64,000 nucleotides of DNA from Scyliorhinus canicula (Eukaryota): contig NC_052158.1 of NCBI RefSeq assembly GCF_902713615.1, positions 151,793,400 to 151,857,399 of the forward strand. The letters run 5' to 3'. Below are positions 46,801 through 57,949 of this stretch, in pieces. The notes beneath the pieces are model-generated. The model had not been told where the DNA came from. It saw only the letters and a list, made by a program, of their open reading frames with translations, and did not search any database. A program made the translations under genes and the position numbers. Within the stretch, counting starts at the first letter, position 1. Every line of letters begins with the position of its first letter.

Positions 46801-49800
46801 TATTATTATTATTATTGCACAATAAGACGCTACATTTTTGCATGGATTCTTCTTCTCTTCTTTTTGCCTTTCTAGCTTCTGCATCACATGAAAACATTAA
46901 ATTTCATCACCAAGATGGGAGAAAAGGTGAATTTTGATGAAAATGGGGATCCAGTCCCCACCTATGACATTATAAACTGGCAGACAAATGCCTTTGGTGA
47001 TACTGAAATTGTAGATGTTGGGCATTACGATGGGTCCGCTCCTGCAGGTCAAGAATTTCTGATAAATGAAGTGGCAATGGTATGGAGTGGGGGTCAAATT
47101 AAGGTAAGAATTCATTGTGAAATGCAGAGGGACTCTGCAAAGAGTAGTAGGATGTAATTTGTGCTCCTTGCTCCCAGGAAGGTTAAAAATATACAGTACG
47201 ACTCAAATCAATTAGTTCATTATTCTGAGTTAACCATCTTGGAATTCAACTGAAACTTTATCTGATGTAGTTTTTTAAAATTTAGAGTACCCAATTAATG
47301 TTTTCCAATTGAGGGGCAAGTTAGGGTGGCCAATCCACCTAGCCTGCATATCATTGGATTCTGGGGGCGAAACCCACGCGAACACGGGGCGAATGTGCAA
47401 ACTCCACACGGACAGTGACCCAGAGCCAGGATCGAACCTGGGACCTCGGCGCCGTGAGGCAGCAGGGCTAACCCAATGCGCCACCATGCTGCCCTTTCAT
47501 CTGATATTTTAAAACTTCATAACAATTAATAACGCCAGCAAAAAGATTTTCAGTGTCTTCTATTGACAGCTGTAGTAAATCAGGAACAGAAGACTGTACA
47601 ATGGCATAAAGTTTCTTGATGGTTTATATTATAAAATTAATATTACCCCAACGATCGATGGGGACAATTTAACTACAGAGTACACAACCTCACAGAAAAA
47701 TACTAAACTAAACTCTTTTTAGAGCAATTCCCAAATTATTTTGGTTCTCACAATAACAGTGACACACAGTAATTGCAGAGGTCCAAGATAGCGTTATGGA
47801 TTTGACAAAATAAATTGGGAAGCACACTATGGTATAACTAAAGTATCGACAAATATTGGAAAAATCCTAAGATTCATACAATGATACAGCTTAGAAGATG
47901 GCTATGTCTGTGGAACAATAATCATAACCTTTATTATTGTCACATGTAAAGTTACATTAACACTGCAATGAAGTTACTGTGCAAATTCCCTGGTCGACAC
48001 ATTCCGGCGCCTGTTCGTCTGCACAGAGGGAGAATTCAGAATGTCCAATTCACCTAACATGCACGTCTTTTGGCACTTGTGGGAGGAAACTGGAGCACCC
48101 AGAGGAAACCCATGCAGACATTGGGAGAACATACAGACTCAGCACAGACAGTGACCCAAGCTGGAATCGAACCCAGGAGCCTGGAGCTGTGAAGCAACAG
48201 TGCTAACCACTATGCTACCCTGCTGCCGCCTCAATGGCTTTGAAATTTTACGATATTCCTACATGTTATTCTTCATCGGATGCGTATCGCTGACAGGGCT
48301 ATAAATTGCTGCCGATCCCTGGTTGTCCTTGAACTGGGTGGTTTGCTCGGCCATTACAGACCAGGTAAGGATGGCAGATGTCATTCACCAAAGGACATTA
48401 GTGGACAAGATGTGTCTTACACCAATCAATGTTAGTTTCATGGCATGCCATTCCTGGGCTACATTTCAATTCCAGACTTCTATTGATTGAATTGAAATCC
48501 CACCAACTGATGTGTTGGGATTTGAACAGGTGTCACCCAGAGCTATAACTGGGATTACTCATCCCACTTTAATACCTCTATGCCACCACGTCCCCTGTCT
48601 CCTAGGGTAGACAGCACCCCTGTCGCAAAAAACACTCCGCACCCTCATCAATAGCTCATGCAAGCAGTCCTGTACCTGACCTTGAGTATTATTCCATCTT
48701 TCCTACAAAAAGGGAGGAATCCACAAATTCAGCTGAAGACCGGGCAACTAATTTAGGTTTCACTGGCATGATTTATTACACTCACAGCAACAACAATGCC
48801 CTGAGAATTGCTCGTTCCAAGAGCAGGTGGGCCCAATGGCCCCTATCTGCGTGGTTATAATTCTGTGATTCTGAATTACTTCTAATTTACGAACAGGAAG
48901 GAGGGATGATCCAAGAGAACTTTACCAAAGTCAGGGCCTCAGGTGATAACATCATGAATTATGGTTTAGTTGGTGGAGGGATAGCAGTGAGGGGAAGGGT
49001 ACGACACAAAGATGAAAACATAACCATGTAGACATAAACCAATTTTTTTTGCCATTATATTATTGTGTTATATGTAACACCAATGATCCTGGAAGACAAT
49101 TGAACACTTTTATAGATCATAGAATTTACAGTGCAGAAGGACGCCACTCGGCCCATCGAGTCTGCACTGGCTCTTGGAAAGAGCACCCTACCCGAGGTCA
49201 ACACCTCCACCCTATCCCCATAACCCAGTAACCCCACCCAACACAGACGGCAATTTTGGACACTAAGGGCAATTTATCATGGCCAATCTACCTAACCTGC
49301 ACATCTTTGGACTATGGGAGGAAACCGGAGCACCCGAAGGAAACCCACGCACACACGGGGAGGATGTGCAGACTCCGCACAGACTCAAGGCAGAATCGAA
49401 CCTGGGACCCTGGAGCTGTGAAGCAATTATGCTATCCACAATGCTGCCGCGCTGCCATGCTTCATGCCGGAATATTGAATGAAAGTCAGACTGGATAGAT
49501 TAGAACACCCAAATGGTAAATGGTGTCCTTTATCCGAAACGTGAGTGAGATTTCATGTCAAGGATGATTTTTTTAAATCCCCAAAGTAGGGACAAAAGTG
49601 CTCTTTGATGAAGAGGACAATAATGACCCCCATAATCGATAACCAAATGAACATAACATCAATATGCGGAATGCACCAGAGTTAGCCATATTAGAAGCTA
49701 AGTTTAATTTTAGAAGATTATTATGATGTTCCTGTTTGAAAGTCACATAAATACTAATACGATAACAAAAATGATGTGTGTTTTCCTGTGACAGGTAGAT

Positions 49801-52476
49801 ACTTGAATTCCTGATTGCAGCGTATTATCTTTTCTTCAGGTTCCAAAGGCAGTTTGTTCTGAGAGCTGCACCCCTGGCAAAAGGAAGGCAACAAGGAAGG
49901 GAGAACCGAAGTGTTGTTTTGATTGTTTACCATGCCCAGAGGGTGAAATTAGCAACATCACTGGTAATAAGGAAAATATAGGTCTTCAGCTTATTCTGCG
50001 GGATGCTCTCTGTGAATGTATTGCAGAAGGAGGGGAGGTGGTGATGTCGTGGTATTGTCACTGGACTAGTAACCAGATACCCAGACTATTGCTCTGGGGA
50101 CCCAGCTTCAAATCCCGCCACTGCAGATGGTGAAATTTGAATTAAAATAAAAATCTGGAATTAAAAGTCGAATGATGACCAATGTTGTAAAAACCGATTT
50201 GCTTCACTGAGGGAACAAAATCTGCCATTCTTACCTGGCCTGGCCTACATGTGACACCAGATCGACAGCAATGTGGTTGACTCTTAACTGTCACCTCAAG
50301 GGCAATTAGGGATGGGCAATAAGTGCTGGCATAGACTGCAGCGAATAAAAAAACATTCCTGTGTGGCCTATTTTAATAGCGACATCAAACCAATTAAAAG
50401 ACATTCTGCGGCTTGAAAGCAATAGGCTGACTCTTCAGAGCAGAAATGAGGGTGTACTCCACTACCAATGTCAGTGGAATGTTGGGTGTGGTTATTTGCT
50501 CCATAAGGGTCGTTCTGCTCAATGTTTATCCCTCATCCAAAAACCCAAAATGTGTCATTTGCTAATGATGGTATTTTTTCTGCTGGGTGCAAAGGCGCTG
50601 TTGCGTTTCTCACAGGTCAGCGGTGGCAACACTTCAAAACCCATTAACAGAACAGATTGGAGAAGTGAGAAATCGCTTTCCATCGAGAAAATAAGACCTG
50701 AGAGGAGATGTGATGGTGGTCGCCAAAATCATGAGGGATCTGGGCAGAGCAGATGGCGTGAGATTGTTCCCACTTTTGAGTGGGTGAAGAAGGAGAGAGC
50801 ACAGATGTTAAACAATTGGCAAAAGGAACCAAAGCCAGGAGAGGAAAAACATTTCAGGCGACGTGTGGTTAATGTCTGGAATGCACTGGCTGGGAGTGTG
50901 GTGGAGGCAGGTTCAGTTGAAGCATTCAAAGAGGAATTAAATTGTTATATTGTTCAGGGTTACCAGGGAGAAAGTGGGAATGGCACGAAGTGAATTGTTC
51001 ATTCGGAGAGCTGGCACAGACGTGGTGGGCCGAATAATAATCGTTATTAGCGTCACAGAAAGGCTTACATTAACACTGCAATGACGTTACTGTGAAAATC
51101 ACCTAGTCGCCACACTCCAGCACCTGTTCGGGTACACAGAGGGAGAATTCAGAATGCCCAATCCACCCAACAAACGCGTCTTTTGGGACTTGTGGGAGGA
51201 AGCCAGAACACCCGGAGGAAACCCACACAGACATGGGGAGAACGTGCAAACTCTGCATAGTGACCCAAGCCGAGAATCGAACGTGGGACCCTGGCGTTGT
51301 GAAGCAACAGTGCTAACCACTGTGCTACCGTGGCCTCCTTCTTGAGTCTGGCAACTCTGAGATTCTATGTGATACTTCACTGTCTTCAATGGGATGTTCT
51401 GAATTTGTGAATTGAGTTTTTAGAAATGCAAGTTCTTTGCGTCCTTCTCGGTAAAATAGAGAGAGAAAATTCGGAGACTCCATGAGTATCAATATATTAC
51501 TGGCGCATAATGTACCGGTGACACTTTTAAAAAATATTATTTGATACGAATGTTCTTTTAAAACCCGTTCTTTTTTTTAGATGCTACAAATTGTATCAAA
51601 TGTCCTCTGGAATACAGGTCCAATCAGGAGAGAGATCAGTGCGTGCTGAAGGAAATCGAATTCCTTTCCTTTGGAGAGACCATGGGAATTATTCTGCTCG
51701 CTGTGGCACTGTTTGGAGCCTGTATCACGGTGGGGGTCTTTTCCACATTCTACTTTTACAAAGACACTCCAGTTGTCAAAGCCAATAATTCCGAATTAAG
51801 TTTCCTCCTCCTTGTGGCGTTAACCTTGTGCTTTCTGTGTTCAATCGCGTTCATTGGAGAGCCCTCGGTCTGGTCTTGCATTTTACGCCACACAGCTTTC
51901 GCTGTCATCTTTGTCCTCTGCATATCGTGTATTTTGAGCAAAACGGTTGTCGTGGTGATGGCATTCAATGCAAAGTTTCCCAACCACAATATGATGAAAT
52001 GGTTTGGCCCGACGCAACAGCGGCTGACTGTTGCCTTTCTTACAATGGTGCAGTGCTTAATCTGCACAGTCTGGCTGAGCACGTTACCTCCCTATCCTCG
52101 AAAGAACAGCGCTTTCGCAAAAAACCGAATCATTTTCGAATGCAACGTAGGTTCTGCAATCAACTTTTACTGTGCCCTGGGTTACATTGGATTCTTGTCT
52201 TGCGTGTGTTTCCTGGCCGCCTTTCTCGCTCGGCAGCTTCCCAACAATTTTAATGAGGCGAAACACATCACTTTCAGCATGCTTATCTTTTGTGCCGTGT
52301 GGGTTACTTTCATTCCAGCCTACATAAGTTCTCCTGGAAAGTATGCTGTGGCCGTGGAGGTGTTCGCTATTTTGGCCTCTAGTTTTGGGTTGCTTATCTG
52401 TATCTTTGCCCCAAAATGTTACATTATCCTGTTTAAACAAGCAGAAAACACCAAGAGGCACATTATGGGTCATTAG
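37603..52476 (+). CDS. Gene C: complete V2R/OlfC-type (CaSR-like) class C GPCR, ~863 aa; join(37603..37817,39681..39972,42155..42991,46876..47103,49840..49963,51581..52476); in-frame upstream ATGs at 37582 and 37594
   Basis: Six exons with the same phases as gene B (215+292+837+228+124+896 = 2592 nt). VFT, CRD and 7TM motifs present. Start chosen from TATA position and signal-peptide length, so uncertain. Confidence 0.94.
38003..38922 (-). mobile_element. V-SINE tail B interrupted by a Harbinger-type MITE
   Basis: SINE sequence stops at 38147 and resumes at 38769. Confidence 0.82.
38148..38768 (+). mobile_element. Non-autonomous PIF/Harbinger-type element
   Basis: TIRs cggctggattctc / gagaatacagccc; 3-bp flanks cag / cac; related to 62339-62993. 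Confidence 0.72.
39681..39972 (+). CDS. Gene C exon 2
   Basis: cccgcag|[33 protein letters not shown]|gtaagc; 292 nt. Confidence 0.93.
40030..40600 (+). mobile_element. CR1 LINE 3' fragment just downstream of gene C exon 2
   Basis: [13 protein letters not shown]; (ttctatga)n tail. Confidence 0.85.
41025..41370 (+). mobile_element. HE1-like V-SINE (CR1-type tail)
   Basis: Head, V-domain, ..cttctgcactgtaaattctatg. Confidence 0.85.
42055..42091 (+). ncRNA. Minimal type I hammerhead ribozyme motif with canonical CUGAUGA core (sense strand of gene C intron 2)
   Basis: TCAC CTGATGA A GGAG-CTACT-CTCC GAAA GC TA GTGA. Confidence 0.8.
42055..42154 (+). mobile_element. Penelope-like terminal-repeat fragment ending at the exon-3 acceptor of gene C
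   Basis: Colinear with ~25139-25238 (..aaacaaacctgttgg..ttaacctggtgttg..gactt..actgt..cccag). Confidence 0.82.
42155..42991 (+). CDS. Gene C exon 3
   Basis: ccccag|[31 protein letters not shown]|gtaaga; 837 nt. Confidence 0.95.
43170..43430. mobile_element. GC-rich MITE-like repeat (related copies ~830-960, ~60735-60920)
   Basis: Shared ggccgttgg.att..tgttcccgc.gg and ccgccagcgaac..gccgccgagaa blocks in opposite orientation to 60735-60920. Confidence 0.55.
43520..44915 (+). repeat. 17-bp minisatellite (TGCATTACAACAGTGAG and variants), split by a CR1 insertion
   Basis: Units at ~43520-43995 and ~44752-44915; alternating variants tgcattacaacaacgag / tgcatgacaacattggg. Confidence 0.9.
44003..44744 (+). 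mobile_element. CR1 LINE 3' fragment inserted into the minisatellite
   Basis: [26 protein letters not shown]; TSD tatagca 43996-44002 / 44745-44751. Confidence 0.9.
44980..46800 (-). mobile_element. CR1/HER1 LINE, internally deleted
   Basis: [44 protein letters not shown]. Confidence 0.88.
46876..47103 (+). CDS. Gene C exon 4
   Basis: ttctag|[34 protein letters not shown]|gtaaga; 228 nt. Confidence 0.94.
47271..47494 (-). mobile_element. V-SINE, tail type C
   Basis: Closely similar to 4776-5005. Confidence 0.85.
47917..48230 (-). mobile_element. V-SINE, tail type B
   Basis: Homology to 5367-5679. Confidence 0.85.
49117..49456 (-). mobile_element. HE1-like V-SINE (CR1-type tail)
   Basis: Homology to the other copies. 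Confidence 0.85.
49840..49963 (+). CDS. Gene C exon 5 (cysteine-rich domain; absent from the ORF track)
   Basis: cttcag|[42 protein letters not shown]|gtaata; 124 nt. Confidence 0.93.
50690..51335. mobile_element. Old CR1 3' fragment (50690-51032 +) followed by V-SINE tail B (51033-51335 -)
   Basis: [26 protein letters not shown]; SINE homology. Confidence 0.78.
51581..52476 (+). CDS. Gene C exon 6 (end of CRD + 7TM)
   Basis: ttttag|[32 protein letters not shown]..7TM..stop at 52476. Confidence 0.96.
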
Positions 52477-52660
52477 GCCTCCAAGACGCTTCAGAGGTTA
52501 TTCTGGTATCTTGCGTTCTTAGTTAAGTAGTAAACTGCAATGCTCCATATTAAATAATGCTTTCATCCAAACGTGTTTTGGTGAATTTTAGCAGGAAAAT
52601 GTGTGCACACGGATATCCCAAAGTATTTGTGTTACTGAAAAGTTTGTTTGCTAAATTGCC

Positions 52661-52666
52661 AATAAA
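52661..52666 (+). terminator. Candidate polyadenylation signal of gene C
   Basis: AATAAA ~185 nt after the stop codon. Confidence 0.4.
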
Positions 52667-54469
52667 CGTTGCAGTCGGAAATTGTGCGTATTTCATTTTA
52701 TATTAATCCATTTATTACTCAGCTCCATGTTTTCTGATTAAAGAATATTCATTATATGATGCATTATTTTCTAAAATAATCTCTAATAAGAGATAGCCAG
52801 CATCAAAGCACAAGTCAGCAAATTACCCACATTAAATCCCCCTCAAAATCAAATTAATTAGAGGTTGATCACCTCGCCACAGAAGGAATCGTCATGCACA
52901 TGAGGTTCAATCTGTATTTGTCCACAATACTACAGCAGCTGTCCAATAAAAGTTAAGTGCTCTGGAATGTTTCTGAGAGATTCTCTACGGAAGTACTTTC
53001 GGTTCTTGTTTCGCCCTCTTCCCTAAAGAAAGACTTCCATTTGTCCTACACCTGTGCGAGATTCTTTTGTGCAAGGGATCGTGATCTCACACCAGTTTTT
53101 TGTGACAAATTTATTTTATTCTCACAAAATAGAGATCAATGTTTAGGGAGTGTTTTCCAGTTCAAAACAGATCACCGCTTCTCAGGATAACGGGAGGATT
53201 AACAGGTGCTGTCGTTTCTCGTTCATTTCTCTTCTACTGTGTCGCTTCTATATATTACAACATTCGCTTGCTCAGGCTATGGTATTCGTTCTGTTATCAT
53301 CATCCTTGATCAGACGTTTACCCGTCACTTCTGAGCCTTTGCCACCGAATCATTTAATTTAATTACCCTTATCCACCAAATGTCACTTTTTCTGTTGTGC
53401 CCTTTTCACACTTTCCTATTCTTTATGACACCCCTTAAGGAAGTTATGCTATCTTTCTATTTTTGAGGCTTCTTGTTTTCTAGTCTAACAACAATATTGA
53501 GTTCTTGCGAGCTTGATTTTCCTGTTTCAAACAAACAATGATAGCTGCTTATACAGCTCAAAATTCCAGGTCACTCAAGCAGGTGCATATCTAAAATTAC
53601 ATTAGTTACCGTGTTCACACAGGCAATAAAACAACGACGAGTTACATCAGTTAAATATTACTCAATCAATGCATGATTGTCTTCTACTCCACAACTTGAA
53701 GAAGAGGAATCCTTCCTAGATTGTCACTCAATTGTATTTCTTATCGTTCTGCAGGGGGTCACTAATGCGACACTATTTAGAACATTAACTAAGTACATAT
53801 GGTCAATCGCCAGATCAACCATAGCTTTAAAAGATTTCCCAACTCCCGCTTTATCCATTTCTATTTTGCGGATAATTCTTACAAAGTATTCTTTCTCCCA
53901 ATCTCCCAATTTCTCAATCTAAATTCTTTGACAATTAACAGTGCTTAACTCAGTTAGGATTGCGTTAAAGTCGTTTTCAGTATGAAGTTTGTATATTTAC
54001 CTTGGTGATTTAGATTTTTGCCTCACGCTCTTGAAACACAATAACCATTTAATGTTGCGATGTTGTCAAACAGCCAAGCTTATCTGAGACATTCTTCAGT
54101 AAAAATTCACCATGCATTCGTGCATGTTAGTTGTATCACCGTAACGAATCATATTTGCACACACACAAACTCGCATTCACATGCCATCTGATGTCTTTCT
54201 TGGATTTTCAAGTGATGTTAATAGAAATGTGTCCAGAGATCTTCACTTTGTCATGGTCCTGGTGTCTTGCGTGGTGAGGAGATGCTCATTGCAGTTTCCT
54301 TAAAAGTTCACAGGAAAGGATTCAAATATCTCCAACAGAAAACTACCATTTACAATCCCTAACTACAATTTCTTTATTTCCACTCGAATATATATGGATA
54401 ATAGATTCTTTTTTTTCATTGAATTATATCCAAATGATTGATCCCATTTCAACTAAGAAAACTGTTTGA

Positions 54470-55847
54470 GAAAACTTTCCAAATGGCTGATGCCGAAATT
54501 GGGAAATGCGATTGGGCAGAAAATTGGTTCCGATGCCAAAATCACAGCAGGTGCTGATTTGACTCCAAATCACAATTCTCCGTCACCTTGACAGTGGCAT
54601 CAAAGCGGTTCGGATCACACATACAGTAAACACCGCTTACATATCGTTAGCAGGCCCGACCCAGTATACGCCAGGGCCTACGTGATTCGCTGCCTCTGAT
54701 GAGCCAAGTTCCTGATGGCGCGGTTCGTTTGTGCTTTTAAAAATCCTGAAACTGTGTCGTGGTTGATGGGGGAGAGAGAGGAGGTAGGATACGGAGAAGA
54801 GCGACGGAGGTGTGGGCGTGAAGGTGGTGTGGTTTTGGTGTTGGGGGTGAGAGTGATGTGGGATTAGTATTAGGGGTGGGGGTGGTTTGGTGTGTTAGGG
54901 GTGTGGGTGGTGTGGGGTAGTGTTGGGGGGGTTGTTGACACACAGGTCATGGGGAACCACAACTCACCAGGGTCTCACTTCCTTGCCTATGGCCGATCTC
55001 CATCCCGGCGACCTCCCTTTCCTCCAGACCACTGACCATGTCTAGGGTCCTTTGCTCTACCACAGTGAGGGGCCGCAGGTCCCGTGATCCCCCTCCAGTT
55101 TTCTTCCACTCCCACTGGTTATGAGCGGCCTTCTCCTGGGGGAGGAACAGAAGTCGACACTGTTAGATAGTCTGTCGATGCATGCAGCCCAGGGAGTGGG
55201 TAGCAGGTGGCCTCAGTGGTCAGGGACGCAGCCATGGCAGCCAGTATGCTTATCGACATGTATTGCAGGGTGGGGATTTTGCCACCCTCCACATGGGGTG
55301 GGGGGGGATCAGGTTACATGTGTGTGGGACGGGGTTTGGTGCAAGGGTATGGTGCTGCCTATTCACCCTTGCCGCCCTGAGGAGGTTGTGCAATCTTTTA
55401 TGACACTGCAGGCCGGTCCACACGGCATTGCTCATGGCGTTGACCACCTCTGCCACCTGTTCCCATGCGTGGCAGCAGCTGGCATTCTCCTTCCCAGGCT
55501 GGGGTACAGGGTCAACCCCTCTCCACTGCATCCAAGAGAGTCTCCAGATCAGCGTCGTGAATTTTTGGGCCGTTCTCCTCACTGCCATCTTGTTGGCTGT
55601 GATGGTATGTGTGGGGATTGAAGTGTGTATATGCGGCTGCAGCTTTCCCACCTCCTGAGTGACAATCTCAGACCCTGCGAATCAACACCATTTCTCATTG
55701 GGATTAATTGTGTTCCATGTGGTGCTGGTGCGAGCGCCTTAACAGTAGCTGAATTGTTCCAGGTGAGGCACCAGTTTTGCTGTCATGTAAGTCCATCAAT
55801 CCTGCGCTGGCGTCAGCACTTAGTCTCAGGAATGGAGAATCCTGCCG
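54470..55847 (-). mobile_element. PIF/Harbinger-derived element with a Myb/SANT-like protein remnant
   Basis: AWEQVAEVVNAMSNAVWTGLQCHKRLHNL (55250..55651 -); terminus ggagaatcctgcc like the MITE TIR. Confidence 0.7.
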
Positions 55848-56999
55848 ATGGTGTTTCTGTCTTTATCTTCTATTTGGAATGACTTCCTCCCATTCCATTT
55901 AACACATCCCGTTAATTAGCATTCTATTTAATCCTCTAGAGAGCTTTTCTGTCCATTACAATGTTCTGATCATTTCTTTACAGCTCATGTTTCACTGCAG
56001 CCCCAATTGTTAACACATTCTGATTTTGAAATGATTTTACGGACATCTTTTGTCAGTGCTCAATTTTCTTTCCAGCAGAACTTTCTTCCTTATTATTTAG
56101 GAAAAGCCTCGACTGCTTTCATATAGTTTCTTCTAATGTAAAATTGATTCCCTTCCCTGAAATCCATGACAAGCTGTTTAAGAGAAAATCCATAGTGGCT
56201 CTGTTGGGACCTGAAGGACTGACATTTAAATTATAATTTCATTCCGCCAGTTTGAAAAAAAAACATTTCAATATGGCCAATATCTAAAAAATTACATTCA
56301 AAAATTACAAACTGTCAATTTTTAAATGTGTAGGTCTTATGTCCAGATCCAAAGTCCCCACAGAACATAAAGTAATAAATAGAATTTCACTGTCACTGCA
56401 ATGAAAGCTATGTTTTCACAAGTTTAGAGGTTAGTTAGCTTCACGAATACAAATTTAATTGAAACCATGTTTTCTATTAACCAATTGCAACAACACAGAA
56501 CAATTGAAACAAAATAGCACGTGCTTAGAGAGATAAACTTAATCTGTTTCTGTTCTTTCTTCAGGAGCTGATCCACATTATTGTAATGATATTGACTATA
56601 ACTGAAGAAGTTGTTAGCTTTCAAAGTGAAAAAGAACCTTCAAAACTTGCATCAAAGGGTTAGGAGGCCGTGCTTTCTACACCTTTAAGTTCTGAACATC
56701 CACGTCAGTTTCTGTAATTTAAAATCACTCCAAACTTTTCTCCAATTCCTGATGCACAATCTTAAATTGAAATGCACATTTTAGCAACTAGTTTTGCAAT
56801 TTTATACTTCTATGCAGCTTAGAAAAAAATTGATCCCTGCAATGGACTGTGAAGCGGCATTGCTAAACTTTGTTTTATGTTGCCAATTATCAAGTCTTGG
56901 ATACCCCATTTCAATCAGTTGAGAACCCAAACCATGGACTGGATTTTGTGCATCCCGTCTCGAGTTAAAAGTTGGTGGCGGGAAATCAGCCCAGAGGAG

Positions 57000-57195
57000 T
57001 CCACACATGTGCAGGTTAGGTGGATTGGCTATGCTAAATTGCCCCTTAGTGTCCAAAAGGTTAGATGGGGTTACTGGGTTACGGGGATGGGGGTGTAGGC
57101 ATGGGCTTAAGTAGGGTACTCTTTCCAAGGGACGGTGCAGACTTGATGGGCTGAATGGCCTCCTCCTGTACTGTACATTTTGTGATTCTATGATT
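57000..57195 (+). mobile_element. 5'-truncated HE1-like SINE (another partial copy at 61447-61630)
   Basis: gtgcaggttaggtggattggc..CR1-type tail. Confidence 0.8.
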
Positions 57196-57949
57196 TATGG
57201 AGGCTGCATTTCTGCTCCTCCGAGATTGGAACTCTCGACTTCAAGATCAGCTGGACCATGAGAGGCCAGTGGCTCTCCAGTGCCAGGTGCGACACAAGGA
57301 CTGGTGGCCACTGCTGGCACTGCATTGGGGCTTGAGTAGCCGAGCTGCGTTTGGCCGCGTTGTTGTCAGGGTTTAGGGGTCTTGCTGGGCTATCACCTGG
57401 CTGGCCCAGTCGAGGGAGTTGTGGGTTGGTATTGGAGAGACCACAGACAGAGAGAGAGGAACCTAGGGAGGGGTAACATTTGGGAGACCTTAGGAGGAGC
57501 CCACCCACCATCACAACGCAAGGGAAAAGTTGCCAGGCTGTCAGCCTGCCGTAGACTGTTACCACCTTCGTCTAAATTCTGGCTGATTCCCTTAAGTGGC
57601 CATAAAGCGTGCACTTGAAGGCTTCTGTTGGACCATGAGTGGGCGGGGAGGCCCTGGCGCTGGGGAAACTGTGTAGGGAGCAGGACTCGGTGGGTAGAAG
57701 GCAGGTGGGTAGACTGCTGGTGGATAGGTGGCAGGTTGCCAGCCTACTTGGTAATACGTCTTCAACTGCACTGGCATGGGCCATAACATTCATCCCCACA
57801 TTTCTGTGAGTTATATTGCTTGACTAACAGTGCATTGCATTAAAAATTGAGAAAAATTAAGATTAAAAAATGAAATTGGGATAAAAGAAAATAAAACACG
57901 GAGATGTCTGAAGAGATGTTGAGATGTATTATAATGTAATTATAATCCA

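Noticed and set aside
4535-51389. Many short recurring ORFs ([45 protein letters not shown])
   Set aside because: Chance translations of the non-coding V-SINE body in various frames
51756-52473. Overlapping antisense and alternative-frame ORFs over receptor exons (also 2489-2937, 42400-43048)
   Set aside because: Shadows of the real coding frame with no recognisable motifs
19119-52476. Calling genes B or C the CaSR ortholog
   Set aside because: Tandem paralogs with very short C-terminal tails and OlfC-type motifs (SY(F/L)STCx[12 protein letters not shown]) fit V2R/OlfC rather than single-copy CaSR
54696-54730. Other CTGATGA heptamers (also ~4379, ~9581, ~27493) as hammerhead cores
   Set aside because: No stem II followed by GAAA and no closing stem I
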